Positions 1-12,024 of a stretch of DNA of 64,000 nt are shown piece by piece (position 1 is the first letter of the stretch; each line of letters starts with the position of its first letter). A program made the translations under genes and the position numbers. The stretch lies in NCBI GenBank assembly GCA_013239625.1, contig MU054391.1:62001-126000 (forward strand), in the 5' to 3' direction. The notes beneath the pieces were generated by a model. It saw nothing but the letters and a program-made list of their open reading frames with translations. It was not told the origin of the DNA and ran no database searches. Source of the stretch: Lama guanicoe (lineage: Eukaryota).

Positions 1-540
1 CTGGCCCAACAAGATCTCCCAGGCTCATCTTGTGTTTTTTCCCTGCACCCCAGCCCTGGAACCAGCAAATTCTCCAAGGAACCCTGGCTCCTTTTACTGA
101 TATTTAGATGGTATTTTAATGGAATTTTGAAACCAGGATGTGGTGAGTGCAGAACAAACAGGGTGTCATTGCCTCTGGGACCTCTCCCCGGACAGAGCGG
201 TGCATGACCCAGGCACACACACGTCTCTCTCCACTTATCTGTGTAGATATTAGAAGCCATGTGCTCATACTGATGCCTCTGATTCTATCCAAAACCAGGG
301 TTTACTCCTGTCTTACTCCTTGATGTACTTGAAACTTCTTTTTCTGAGGATGAGAAACATTATCCACAACGTACCTCCTGGCTTGTCCAATCCTAGTGCA
401 TCCATAAAGCTGTTCTAGAGTTGCTATCCCACATCACCAAACAACAAATTCACCAACTAGAGGACAGTACTTGTGTACAATTTTAGCTTAGTTTTTTTCA
501 GTCAAAACACCGTCAAGTTCGTTCAGGTGAGGTGTCTCCC
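1..540 (-). mobile_element. Old L1 (L1MC/L1MD-like) 3' region fragment
   Basis: CCAGGCTCATCTTG...CCCAGCCCTGGAACCAGC...TTCTCCAAGGAACCCTGGCTCCTTTTA resembles a recalled antisense L1M 3' end; boundaries approximate. Confidence 0.55.
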
Positions 541-1853
541 TCCTGCTCCTTCAGTGTGGGGGTGTCGCTCACCTGCAACATAGTCAGGGTCACTGTGTGG
601 TTTTTCCTCTCCTTTTTTGTCACTTCTGTGTTCTTTGATACTGCTCAAAATGATGCTTTATTTACACGTGGTGGATCTTCAAAGACTGCTGGTAGATTTA
701 GTGGAAAACTTCTTTTTGGAGGTGAACATTAATCTCACGGCACCTTAAGTACTCACTTGGGCTCTTGTATAGAGACATTCCCAAAAATACTGTGTGACAG
801 GGACTGGATTCCAGACAGGCACAAAGCTTGTCACCTCCAGATGATTCCAAGTCAGACACACCCATCTTTTCCTGGCTGCACCCCAGACATGCCAGGCCAT
901 CCACATACACTTTGACTGTGAGGGTTGTTACATCAGCATGGCCTCGATGCTCCAGTAGTCGTTCAACAATTGCACCTTTGCATTCCCATGAACACTGTGG
1001 ATAAAATTCCAGGGGAGGGGGTGTCAGGCTGGCCTGCTTCTCTCAGGTTCCAAGAAGAGAAAAGCAGATTTTGAGAAGATGGATTTCCATCCTTCCTTTC
1101 CTTTGTGTAAGATAAACATTTCATTGAGCATTGACTGTGAATTAAGAACATGGAAATTCTTGAATAGCCGTGCTCACTTTTGAAAGCTATTCCTTTGCCA
1201 CTTATGTTTATTGAATCTGGGGAATGGGCTGTGGACAGGGGAGTAAAATGCTATTTATTGTACTTGAATTATATGATATTAGATTTGATCTTTTACTCTA
1301 GTTTGTAAACACATTTAGATACTCAACTATCATTTTACATATTTGTAATCCCTGCCAAATTTGCTAAGACTGTGATAACCAAGTCATTTAAAGTGAAATC
1401 CAACATGCTACTGAAAATTTTGAGTAGAAATAGGGTCAGGAAGGGTGATTATTCTAATTTTCCGTAACATTAACATGAGTCTGCAGCATTGCATTTCTTA
1501 GATTGTGTTTGTCTCCCTAATTTAATTTAAGTGAAATTAAATCAATGATGCATTTTATTTACTGTGCATAGCATTGTTTATTTTGTAGTTTAGAAATCAA
1601 ACACTGACCCTGACATTCACATCAAGCTATGTAATTCGTTTGTACAAAACCTCTCTGAACAATTCTGCTGTGCTAACAGCATCTGCCTCATGTAACCCTA
1701 GTTTTCAGAATCACATGAGTCACAGACAGTCGCCACATTTCTTATAGCAGGTGCCTGTATCTCCTAAGGCACTGTTCCTCAAACACCTGTCATTTATGTA
1801 TAATGTCACATTATTTTTTACCTCCTTAGAAAACTATCTTTGGTTACTTAACC

Positions 1854-1951
1854 CTTTTATTTTCTTTTTTTCAATGGCGGTTCTGGGGACTGAACCCAGG
1901 ACCTCTTGCATGCTAAGCATGCACTCTACCACAGAGCTATATCCACCCCCC
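1854..1951 (-). mobile_element. tRNA-derived SINE, camelid Vic-1-like
   Basis: Minus strand GGGGGTGGATATAGCTCTGTGGTAGAGTGCATGCTTAGCATGCAAGAGGTCCTGGGTTCAGTCCCCAG has A and B boxes and an A-rich tail. Confidence 0.85.
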
Positions 1952-3039
1952 AACACACTACTTAGCATTTTTCAAATGGAAATCTTGTATGGACATTTTA
2001 AGTGAAAAATAATTGGTATCACTTGACTTAGAAAATCAGCAAATTTTTACATATAAGCCTGAGTACAAAAAATATCACTTTAAAAAAATAAAAAAATTAA
2101 ACATCTTAATATAGCTATTGGATTTTATAGAATGAAAACTTAAATATATTTCCCAAATGAGGGGAAAAAATGGAGATTTATGAAGAGTTAGTAACAAACA
2201 AAACAGATTTTTTAGGTGTCATTTACTCTAAGATAAAAGTAACTTTTTATTTAAGAAAATTAAATGCTTTGGTCTCAGTGTTAAGCCATTCTGCAAATGC
2301 TAACTCATGTGTTTAAAAAATCACAATTATTTTACCACAACTTCTTATTAATTTCTCATTAACTTACAATCAAAATTAAGAAAGTAACTATTTTTTAAAA
2401 ATAATTTTGTTCCCAGGAGTCTTCTAGAACAATGGACTAATCTTTTGCTGTGTTAAGCTGTTTCATGTTCAGAAGGAGAGCGTAAGTGGTCTGTTTTCCA
2501 CCCACTACTGCCATCCGGTTTGAGAAAATATTTGTGAAGCCCAAATTTGAAATGTTTTATATGACTTTCTCTAAAATGAAGAATGTAGTATCCTGATCTT
2601 AATATTACTGACAACTTTCACCATTGTATTAAATCTTCAGCGTAATTCTAGTGGCAAGGGTATCTCTGTGTAACCAAAAGTGAGTCGATTTTGACTACTG
2701 TCAAACACCTTCCTATGATGAAAACTGTCCACATCCAGATCTTAGGGTGTGCATGGAAATGAAGCTTAGAAAATACGCTTTTTAAGTTTTACTTTATTCA
2801 TGCTAACCAAAATTTAGAACATAAGCATATGATTATTCAAATATTTTTAAACTAAAAATATTTATCTGTATTCTTAAATGCACATGCCTATGGTTTGTAT
2901 AAATCTAATGTAGATTTTTAAAAAGTCTACCTTTGGCCTTATCCTAATGTGATTTATGAAACAATGTGTTTGATGTGAAATTTATATATTTATCCAGTTC
3001 ACATGAAAATAGTGACATGTTAAAATTTGAACATGTCAA

Positions 3040-4450
3040 TCCTGACTTCCAGATTGAATGCAGCTGAATAAGTCAGTATCCCGCACTCCCCTCCTGGAAG
3101 TCACTAAAAAGCCACAAGGGCAATGAATTTTTTTAAACTGAATGGAAACAATTATCAGCAAAACAAGGGAGCAGGTATAATCTGCAGACTCCACGTGAAC
3201 TGTGAGGGATGTCAAGCAGAGAGACTGGACGCTGCTGTATGGCGGCAGGTGTGGAGGGGCCACCAGGTCCCCTGCTGGATGGTGATGAGCAGACTCTGGA
3301 GGGACCGGCACTGAGTGCACCAGCAGCTTTACCATCTCAGTCCACTTCCAACAGTAAGTCAACTGGGATAAAGGAAAAATAGGGGGATTTCTACAAGCAG
3401 TGATGAGCCGGCATAAAAATAAGGAAAGCAGAGGGCAAAAACAGTGCAAGCAGGAATCCTGGTGGGTAGATAATGCCTCAGCCAGACTAGACCCAGACTG
3501 GACCCAGTTTGAAGGCAGAACTGGATACGAAACAGGAGAAACAGCCACCCCCTGTGGTGGGTGGAAGACCAAGAACAGATCCCCTAAGTAACTTGAGACT
3601 CTGAAATATTGTGTGCTCGAGGCAAGCGCCAGCAGGAGGAGAACTCTGCACCCAGAGGGGAAAAGGAAACAGTCCTGTGTCAACAGTGATGCAGATTGTG
3701 TGTACAGGATTAAGACCCACATTTACTACCTGTGTGGTCCAAACGTCTCAATTAGGTACTTCAGTGTAAAGCAGTTCTGGGCTCCCAGAGCCCCAGGATA
3801 CTAGCAGAAACAATTTTCCTCTGGATACCTGCAACTTTAAGTTGAGACGTAAGAATAGTTGCCATGAAATTAATTGCTTTTCTATTAAAAAAAAAACCCA
3901 CAGAGCAAAGGAGCAAGGCATTATGAGTGAGAAATAGCAAAGAACTGAGTACAAAGCAAAGACTTAGACTTACAATGATGTCTAGTACTGACATTGTCAG
4001 ATATAAAATATAAAACAACTATAAGAGAAATAAAGGAACTTGACAATACAAGCAAAAACCAGAGACAAAGGAAGAAGCGTATCTGAAAATGAAACTGGCG
4101 GAATCTCTATCAGTGAAGAATGCAACACCTGAAACTTAGAACTTGACAGGTGTATTAAGCAGCAGATTAGACACACCTGAAGATGAGTCAGGACACTAGA
4201 GTATATATCTAAATAAGTGGTTCAAAATACAGTCTAACTAGACAAAGACAGAAAACACAGAAGGGTGTAAGAAGTATGTCAGAGTGAGAAGGTTTAATGT
4301 ATGCTTAATGAGACCTTCAAAGGAAAAAAGAGGTTGGGATCACGACAGTATTTTAAGAAAGTTTGCTTAGAATTTTTTTCAGAATTGTTGAAAAGGCAGC
4401 TCTTGGGTTCAGGGAGCCTAATGTATTCCTAGTATAAGAAAAAGAATCAA
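3040..4450 (+). mobile_element. Degenerate L1/HAL1-like 5'UTR and ORF1 remnant
   Basis: A-rich ORF1-like tract (AGCAGCAGATTAGACACACCTGAAGA, AGAAGGTTTAATGTATGCTTAATGAGA); no intact ORF. Confidence 0.5.
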
Positions 4451-4469
4451 CACTAAAAAACTTTTTTTG

Positions 4470-5500
4470 AGATCTCTCTCTCACCATGCAGAAAAATGAT
4501 CTCCAAATGGGTCATAGACCTAAAATGTTAAAGCTAAAACTATAAAATGCTGCAAGAAAACATAGGAGAAAAATCTTTGTAACCTAGGTTTAGGCAAATA
4601 CTTCTTAGATTAAACACTAAAAGTGTAATCCACAAAATGAAAAATTAATAAAGTGAACTTCATCAAAATTAAACATTTGCTCTTTGAAATACACTGTTAA
4701 GAGAATAAAAATATAAGCCATAGACTGAGAGAAAATATTTGCAAATCTTATATCTGATTTTATCCAAATTATATAAAGTAACAAAACTCAATAATAAGAA
4801 ACAGAGCCAATATAAAAATAGAAGAAATCGAACTGGGCAGTTTATTAAAGACGTGGAGACGTCAGATAAGCACAGGATAAGATGCCAGCGTCTTCGGTCG
4901 TCAGGGAAGCGAAAATGGAAACGGAACCAATAAAACTGGAAGTGAATGACGTCACACTTCAGACCCTTCAGTGACCAACAAGCCAAGTGCAGAGGGACCG
5001 GACCCCTCGTGGCTGCTGCTGGGAATGCAAACAGGTACAGCCACTTGGGAGAACTGTTGACAGTTTTTAATCACTAAGCCGTGCACCTTCCATTCCTGTG
5101 TGTTTACTCAAGAGAAATAAAGGGTATGTCCATTGCAGAGACTTGGACAAGAATGTTTAAGAAACTTGCGTTTTATTTTAGCCAAGAACTAGGGGGAAAT
5201 GTCTGTGGTGAAAGGATAAAAACGGGGGTACAGCACACAACAGACTGCAACTCGCCTCTCAGCAATAGCATAGAATAAACTATTGACAATGCAACAACAC
5301 TGATAAACCTCAGAAAAATGCTGACTATAGTAAACCAGACCAAAAAGAGTTCACAGTAATGGTTCCACATAAATACAGTTCTAGGAAGTGCAGGGGCAGT
5401 CCGTAGTGACAGAAACCAGGTGAGTGGTGGCCTGGAGATGAGGCTCAGGAAGGACCGGAGGGAGAGACCACAGAATCCACGAGCACACGGGGTTACTCAT
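4470..5500 (+). mobile_element. Old L1 (L1MC/ME-like) ORF2 3' end and 3'UTR
   Basis: CATAGACCTAAAATG...GAAAACATAGGAGAAAAATCTTTG...CTTCATCAAAATTAAA...GAGAAAATATTTGCAAATC are typical L1 ORF2 C-terminal DNA motifs. Confidence 0.8.
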
Positions 5501-6399
5501 TAGGGACTTAATGACTGCAGACTCTCCACGGAAGCCCCCGCCACCCTCGCCCCACACTGCTCCCCACCCCTTGCCTGCTCTGAGCTCACGGCCTCTGCCG
5601 TGTCCTGGGTGAGGCTTTGCTCCTGTTCCATCTGCCCGGGATGGTCTTCGTCTCAACTGTCTTGGTTGTCTGATGACCCCACGACCACTGCTCGAGGTCC
5701 CTCAGGCCACGTCCACAGACATGCATCTTGGGAACCATGCTCACCACACCCACCAGGAGGTAATGCTGGCCCAGGGACCCGCGCCCTTCCCTCCTCCATA
5801 GGGTCATGGACAGAGGCCTGGCACCTGGTTGGTTCAAGGGTGGCTGGTCAGGTTTCTATTTTCCAAATAACTTCTATTATGAATAAATACAGTTGATTCA
5901 TACCATCCGAATTACTCAGATCTACCCACTGTTAATAGTTTGATGTTTATCAAACCTGTTTTTTGTCATATATACATTTTTAAATTAAAAAAATGGAATC
6001 ATATTGACATACCATTTTGTATTCTGATTTTTAAAATTCAATAATGTTTAACATTTCCCCCCTTCATTTTCATGGATAAATGTTACTGTGTTGTCGTTGT
6101 CCAAGGACTGTACGTGCCTGGTCTTCTTGGCTTTTTCAGGGTCTTCTGGGCACCCTAACTACTAACACAGTCTCAGAGGTAAGTTTCGAGAGCTGGTTGT
6201 TTAAAATGGAGTGAGTGCCCCCCGTGGACCAGAGTCCGGAAGTCGATTTCCCACCATCACAGTCATCGGGCCCGGAGGGAGGTACTGGTGGACCCAGCTG
6301 GGCCTCTAGCCCAGGTGCAGAGAAACTCAGCAGCTGTAACCTTTTATACTGTCTGCCAGAATCCCGCCAGGCAGGCCTCCAACCCACAATCTGGCCAGG

Positions 6400-7130
6400 A
6401 TTGCCAAGCAATCTAGGTACAGGTGTATTTCTGTAATGGGGTTATGCAAGTTTGATACAGCTTCCAAACCCCAAAAGCAAAGCCCCAAAATTGTCTTTTT
6501 TGCTGCAAAACAAAACTAAATGCCAAAGGTTGGTGGCACCTCCCAGGGGAAGTGTGGTGCCTGGAACGAAGGGGCAGGCAGCTGCTGGGACTGGTCCAAA
6601 GGCTCTTAGGACCTCCAAGGGCCCACAGAGCCTTGGGCAGAAAGTCCTTCTGGACTGACCCCCAGCTGGCCTCCAGACACTGAGACTCCGAGGTTCACAG
6701 CAAAGAGTGGGTTTATTCTCAAGGCAGCCATGCGAGAAGCTGGGAGAACGAGTCTCAGATCTGCCTGCCCGAGGCGAGGTGCCCACGGGTAGTCGGGAAA
6801 AGGTGCTGGGCTTGTTCTGTCATCTGTAATCAAGACACTGGCCTCTGCATGCTCAAAAATGGAGGTGCTTAGCATGACCTGAGGGTGGAGCTTCAGCCCT
6901 CTGCCCCCAGGAGGTCACTAGCGGCACCCCTACATGCCAGCTGGAGGGCCGGGGGTCCTGCTTAGTCTCAACCAGCTCAGCTCTGACTGGAGGCAGCGGA
7001 CTCCAAGTTCCTGGAAAACAGCGTGCTGTTTAGACTCCACCCGGAGAACACACAAATCCTAAAATGACCTTCATTACCAAGGGCAGGCGGGACGGATTTG
7101 ACCGGTCCTCACTCTCACCTGGCCCTTGTC
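6400..7130 (-). mobile_element. Possible degenerate ERV1-class LTR fragment
   Basis: GGGTTTATTCTCAAGGCAGCC...GGAGAACGAGTCTCAGATCTGCCT resembles antisense MER4-group LTRs; family and limits uncertain. Confidence 0.35.
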
Positions 7131-7859
7131 AGTTGGCTTTCTACTCACTTCTTACTTCCTGCTTCAGTATTTCACCCCAGAGATCTCCTGACATACTGGC
7201 TGAACAGCCCTCCTCCTGACCCCAGAACTCAGCTTTATTTTCTCAATAGCATTTATGACCCCATGAAATTATTGCAGTTGTTTATTTTCCTTTCTCAGGA
7301 ATTGTGCTTCCTTCCATTAGGACAGCCTCAGTATTGCCAGGACTCCAGAAGATACCAAACAAAATAGATACTCAAAAAAGTTTGTCAACTAATAAAAGGA
7401 GCACTCCTTAGAATTTGCTTCCACTTGACCCCCAAAGAGCAAAGAAAAACCCACCTGCCCTGTTAGCCACCTCCCTACTTTGCTGCTGTAACCAACCCTG
7501 GTCATGTAAAGCAGGAGGGAGAGGGGCTCCCCTAGTAGGGCCAAGTATGAAGCTTTCTGTACTGAAGACTCTTCCTCCAGGGGTTCACCTGGCAGATGGA
7601 GGGAAGGACCCCCCCTCGCAGAACTGAGATCCAAGGAGGTGTCATGGTTCCACACCCAGGGGAAACATCCCCACCTGCAGATAAGGAGCCAGACCCACCA
7701 GCTGTATACACGTGGCATCGCATCATGGAGCAAGGGAGAACTGTTTCTCCCCTTCCTGACGCATCTTGTCTAAAGTGTGAGAACAGGTGGTCACTTGAAA
7801 AACTGGTTAAGCCAGACTGTCAGCCAGGGACTCCTCTGATTGCAAAGAAATAGATCAAT

Positions 7860-8015
7860 AATTGCTAATATTCATTGTGCTCTTTATATGCTGGGCACTG
7901 TTCTAAGTACTTCAGTCACCATCAATGACGAGGCGACTGAGACAGAGAAAGTAGAGTGAACTGGGATCCCAGCCGTGGAGGCTGGGCCCAGATCCTGCAG
8001 TCCTAACAACTGGGC
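7860..8015 (-). mobile_element. MIR fragment
   Basis: GCTAATATTCATTGTGCTC...ATGCTGGGCACTGTTCTAAGTACTT...ACTGAGACAGAGAAAG resembles the MIR core. Confidence 0.55.
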
Positions 8016-8849
8016 TCACTCTCCTGTTGTGGAAGAATCTTGTACTGGACGAACTTGACAGTATCACTAGGGGGAACTGGCTCCCGCCCACCTAATGAGC
8101 CCATCTTCACGGGAATGACCAAAACCACCGCTCTGTGTCTGCTGGGAGTCTCTCCCTCACCCCACTGGGTAATCAGCTGGCCACTAGCTCATTTCAGAAG
8201 GAACTTCCAGTTGAAAATTCTTGGAGTGTGTGTGAAATTACAAAACAGATATTCAAGTACTTTTCCATCTTCCCTGTGCTTGTGGGAAATAGCTTTTCAA
8301 GGTGTCCAAACATGTTTGCCTACTTTGGATCCAACATTACATTTGGCAAAACTCAGGAGGGTTGGACCCTGGGAGCGATGGGCTGGGGAGAGACCACTCC
8401 CAGGGTGGGTGGAGGAGGCCCTGGAGGAGGGAGCAGGTGCCCCCACCCCCCGCGTCTGCTCCCCTTGGAGGTTTCCAGAGCTTTCATGTTCTTAGCTCAT
8501 TTAATCCTCCCCAAACCATATTAAGTGAGTACGGTGAAAATTCACTGAGGCTCAGAATTTCCATTATTGACCCAAGGTCATGTGGACGTCACCATTCTTG
8601 TCAAATCCATGCTTTTGTTCATGCGCTCTTCAGAAGTTCTTGCCTAGTTTCTTCCAGAATATTCTTAGCCTGAAACTGCTAATTTTCCTGAAAAGTTTAA
8701 GTTACACAGTGTAAATATAGTGATGTTTGAAACTTGAAAATAAGGCCTAATACTTCCATATAAAAAGGGAAATTATGTTTTCCCTCAACTGTTAAAATTT
8801 ATTTATGTGGATTAAGTTATAAGAGCAAATGGATTAATTTCATATTATT

Positions 8850-9000
8850 TTTAAATTAAGACTTTATTTTTTTGAGTGGTTTTAGGTTTACAGAAAAATA
8901 ATTAGCTACTAGTACAGAAAGTTTCCAAATCCCAAGCTACCCTCCCCAGTTTTCTCTATTTTTAACATTTTGCATTATGTGGTACTTTTGTTACAATTTC
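8850..9000 (-). mobile_element. L1M 3' terminal fragment
   Basis: AGACTTTATTTTTTTGAGTGGTTTTAGGTTTACAGAAAAA...TTAACATTTTGCATTATGTGGTACTTTTGTTACAATT. Confidence 0.65.
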
Positions 9001-10639
9001 ATTTTATGTTAATGAATGGGCTCGGTTTTCTTGGCAGTTCTGTAAAATTTATTTTTACTTTTAAGCCAGAGAATGAGTTGTTATATCCATAGCAGAAGAC
9101 ATTGCCCTGTTCACTCCATTTTTATCATTACTTTAAGAGCCAGTCTGATTGCAGGGGAGGTACAGGAATAATGAGTTGCTTTTATGCAAGAACTACCTTC
9201 TGATGGTAAGTCCAAGGCTTTTCGTTATTCAACATAAGGATTACTCACTCAGTTTTTAGTTTAGCTTAAAAAAAAAGTCTGTGCATTACCTTTGCATGGA
9301 AGATGGTGTGCACTGCAACATGGAAGATGCCCAAAAACGGCCAGTGCTGTTCCAGGAAGAATAAGCAGGCGCTCACTGAACACGCACGACTGGCTCTGTG
9401 CTGGTGCAGCCTCCTTGGAGCCCAGCTGAGCAGGTGTCTTCAGGAGTGAATTTCCAAGCTGTCATGATGGGTAACCGGCTGAATATAGTGTGGGGGGACT
9501 GACCCCCGAAGTCCACTGTCCACCCACGATACCATGCCAAGCACTGAGGCATCTGACCAACGCCAGTATTTTATTTCAGAATTTTGGGAAGAGGGACCAT
9601 CTCTTAAGTTCTCTGTGACAGTCAGATTTAAAATGCGCACTGCTTTGAGGCAGAGTGGCATGACCTCCAGTGTGGAGAATCCTCTCTGTCCAGAGCTCTG
9701 GGCCCAGGTGCTCCAGCAGCTGACAGCGGCCGTGTGGTGGGAGTCTTCCTGCCATGTCTCTCAGGTCAGACTGGTCAAGTTAGTTACTCTGCTGGAGACG
9801 TTTTCAGGAAATTCTGTGGCCTCTTTTCAACTTTCCTAGAAACAGTAAGATACAGCCACATTTAAACAAAATTAGAACAAATATGCAAAAAGAAGTGGCC
9901 TGGTGATATTGGAAACATTTGGGGGTAGTTGTTAAGATTGATTACCACCTTTTGTACATGCAGCTCTGACTAACAGCACAGTGCTCAGTCAGAGCCCAGA
10001 CCATCCGAAGTGACCATACATTAATGTGGTAATTAAATAGCAGGAAAATGAGAAAACTAAAATTGAAGAGACAGCGTATGGGAAATGCTCTAGACGGCAA
10101 AAGACAAAACTCAAAAGGTGTTTGGATCTCTGCACTTTTTAAAAAAAGTATTTTTAATTCTAATTAAACCTCGATAAAAATCTTCAAATTGTAGATGATA
10201 TTGAAGAAATGCTCATGTGCATTTTGGACTAGGAAAAAATATCTGTCTTTTATACAAAAGCTGACTACTAGTGAGGCCTTAAATATAAAACAAATATCTT
10301 GTGGTCTATGAATAATGGTTGGAGGGTTCAGTTCAATTCCATTAAATAGAGACAATTTCTCTAGACTCAAAAGGTGTGTTTTAAGTTCTAGTTCTTTTAG
10401 AGTCCGTGGCCCTTGACAAACTTTAATTTTCCTGTGCCTTCTCCCTATTTTTTCTTCAATTGAGAAATGGAGATTCATTCAGTAACAGAGCCTTTTGCTC
10501 GCTGGGCACTGAAAATGCAAAGTTGAAGAAGACTTGGCTTCCTCCTCCAGGACCCTTGGTGAAGGGGGAGGCATGTAAAAGCCCCTGCAGCGAGGGGTGT
10601 GGATGAGATACTGAAGGTAGGTAGATGCCAAACTAAAAT

Positions 10640-10925
10640 ATCCACAAAAATGGTAAGCATAACAGGAAACATGCAAATTACACGTGAGGGGACTTTAAAA
10701 CACTCCTAGAGACAACATTAGACTTGAACACATGGAAAGACATCCTTTATCCTTGCTTTGGACGACTGAGCTTCATAAGGATGACAGTTTTCCTTATGTT
10801 AATATATGAATTTAACACAATCCCACTAAAAAATACTAAGTCTTTTTTTTCCCCCAGAGATGGTTAAATTGATTCTTCAACTTCACACTGGAAAATAAAT
10901 ATAAAGAACAGCCAAGGAAACATGC
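10640..10925 (+). mobile_element. Old L1 ORF2 fragment followed by an A-rich tract
   Basis: ATGGAAAGACATCC...GAATTTAACACAATCCCA...AAATTGATTCT match L1 ORF2 motifs. Confidence 0.6.
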
Positions 10926-11599
10926 AAAAAAAAAAAAAAGAAAAGAAAAGAAAAGGAAAAAGAAGCGAGCAGCATTGCTGGTCCTGCTGCATTTACGACT
11001 CACCTTTGGGGCCTGAAATCTGATCAGAGCAGGAAAATGAGCAAATGGATTTTCCTGTATTTTAGTTCTTTTAACTCTCTGGGCTTTAGACCTAACCTCA
11101 GTTCAATGATTCTCCTTTTGCTGTGTCTAAATTACTGTTAAGTTTGTTTATTGTGTTCTTGGTTTATTTTACTTTTTAATTCCAATTTTTTTCATTTAGT
11201 TCTCTCCCAACTTGCTGCTGAAATTCCCCACCATATCTTTTCCTTCCTTGAATATATACATCAGAACACATGATAATTCCATGGCAAATGAATGCATTCA
11301 CTGTATCACTTTTGTAAGTTTCAAAGTGTAAATTTTCTAAGCTTATAACTATCCAAGACAATACGACGTAGTGCTTTGGGACACATACATATATAATGAA
11401 AATATAAAGAAATATATGGAACTAATAAATAGCCAATTCAGGCTGATTACCTTTGAGTCAGAAAGGGAGGAAGGTTGGGAAGAGTTTGTTTTCTTTCTTG
11501 CTGGGTAATGAGTAATATTCTCCTTTTTCCATGTCTTAAGAATTATGTTATGAAAAGGTCATCACACATTTGCACATAACGTAAGACTGTCAGACGCAA

Positions 11600-12020
11600 A
11601 GCAGGATGAAAAGCTGGCATGTGAGGCTCACTTGGCTGCAGTGTGGAAACAGGAATCCACGCTGTATCTGAGGGAAGTCTGGGGCTGGGAGTTTGCCTTA
11701 ATTAAAGGGTGGTGGTGACAGAGACAGTGGGAAATGGTTGGGTATGCTAAGTATTTTGGAGCCAGCACTAAGTTGGTGCATTTGATTTAGCGCTTGAGAT
11801 GAGAGGAGGAATCAAGGATGGCTCCTAAGCAATCCTGTGGTCTAAGGCAATGGATGAGTGGGATTTCCAGAGGGGCACTGAGGGAGGGGCAGGCTTTAGG
11901 GGCGGGAAAGCAAGGGTTTACTTTGGACGAGCAAGGTTTGAGATGCTATTACAGGTCCAGATAGAGCTGTCAAATGCACAGTTGGAGATACGGGTCTGGA
12001 GTTCAAGAAAGAAGTTAGAA
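11600..12020 (-). mobile_element. L2 fragment
   Basis: GAGGAATCAAGGATGGCTCC...GGTTTGAGATGCT...CAGTTGGAGATACGGGTCTGGAGTTCA resembles antisense L2. Confidence 0.7.
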
Positions 12021-12024
12021 GGAC

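Noticed and set aside
1875..1951. Possible tRNA-Ala gene
   Set aside because: Degenerate stems and an A-rich tail indicate a SINE, not a functional tRNA.
3036..3722. 228-aa minus-strand ORF (longest in the track)
   Set aside because: No recognisable domain, non-ATG start, and it overlaps a probable old L1 5' region; most likely a chance ORF.
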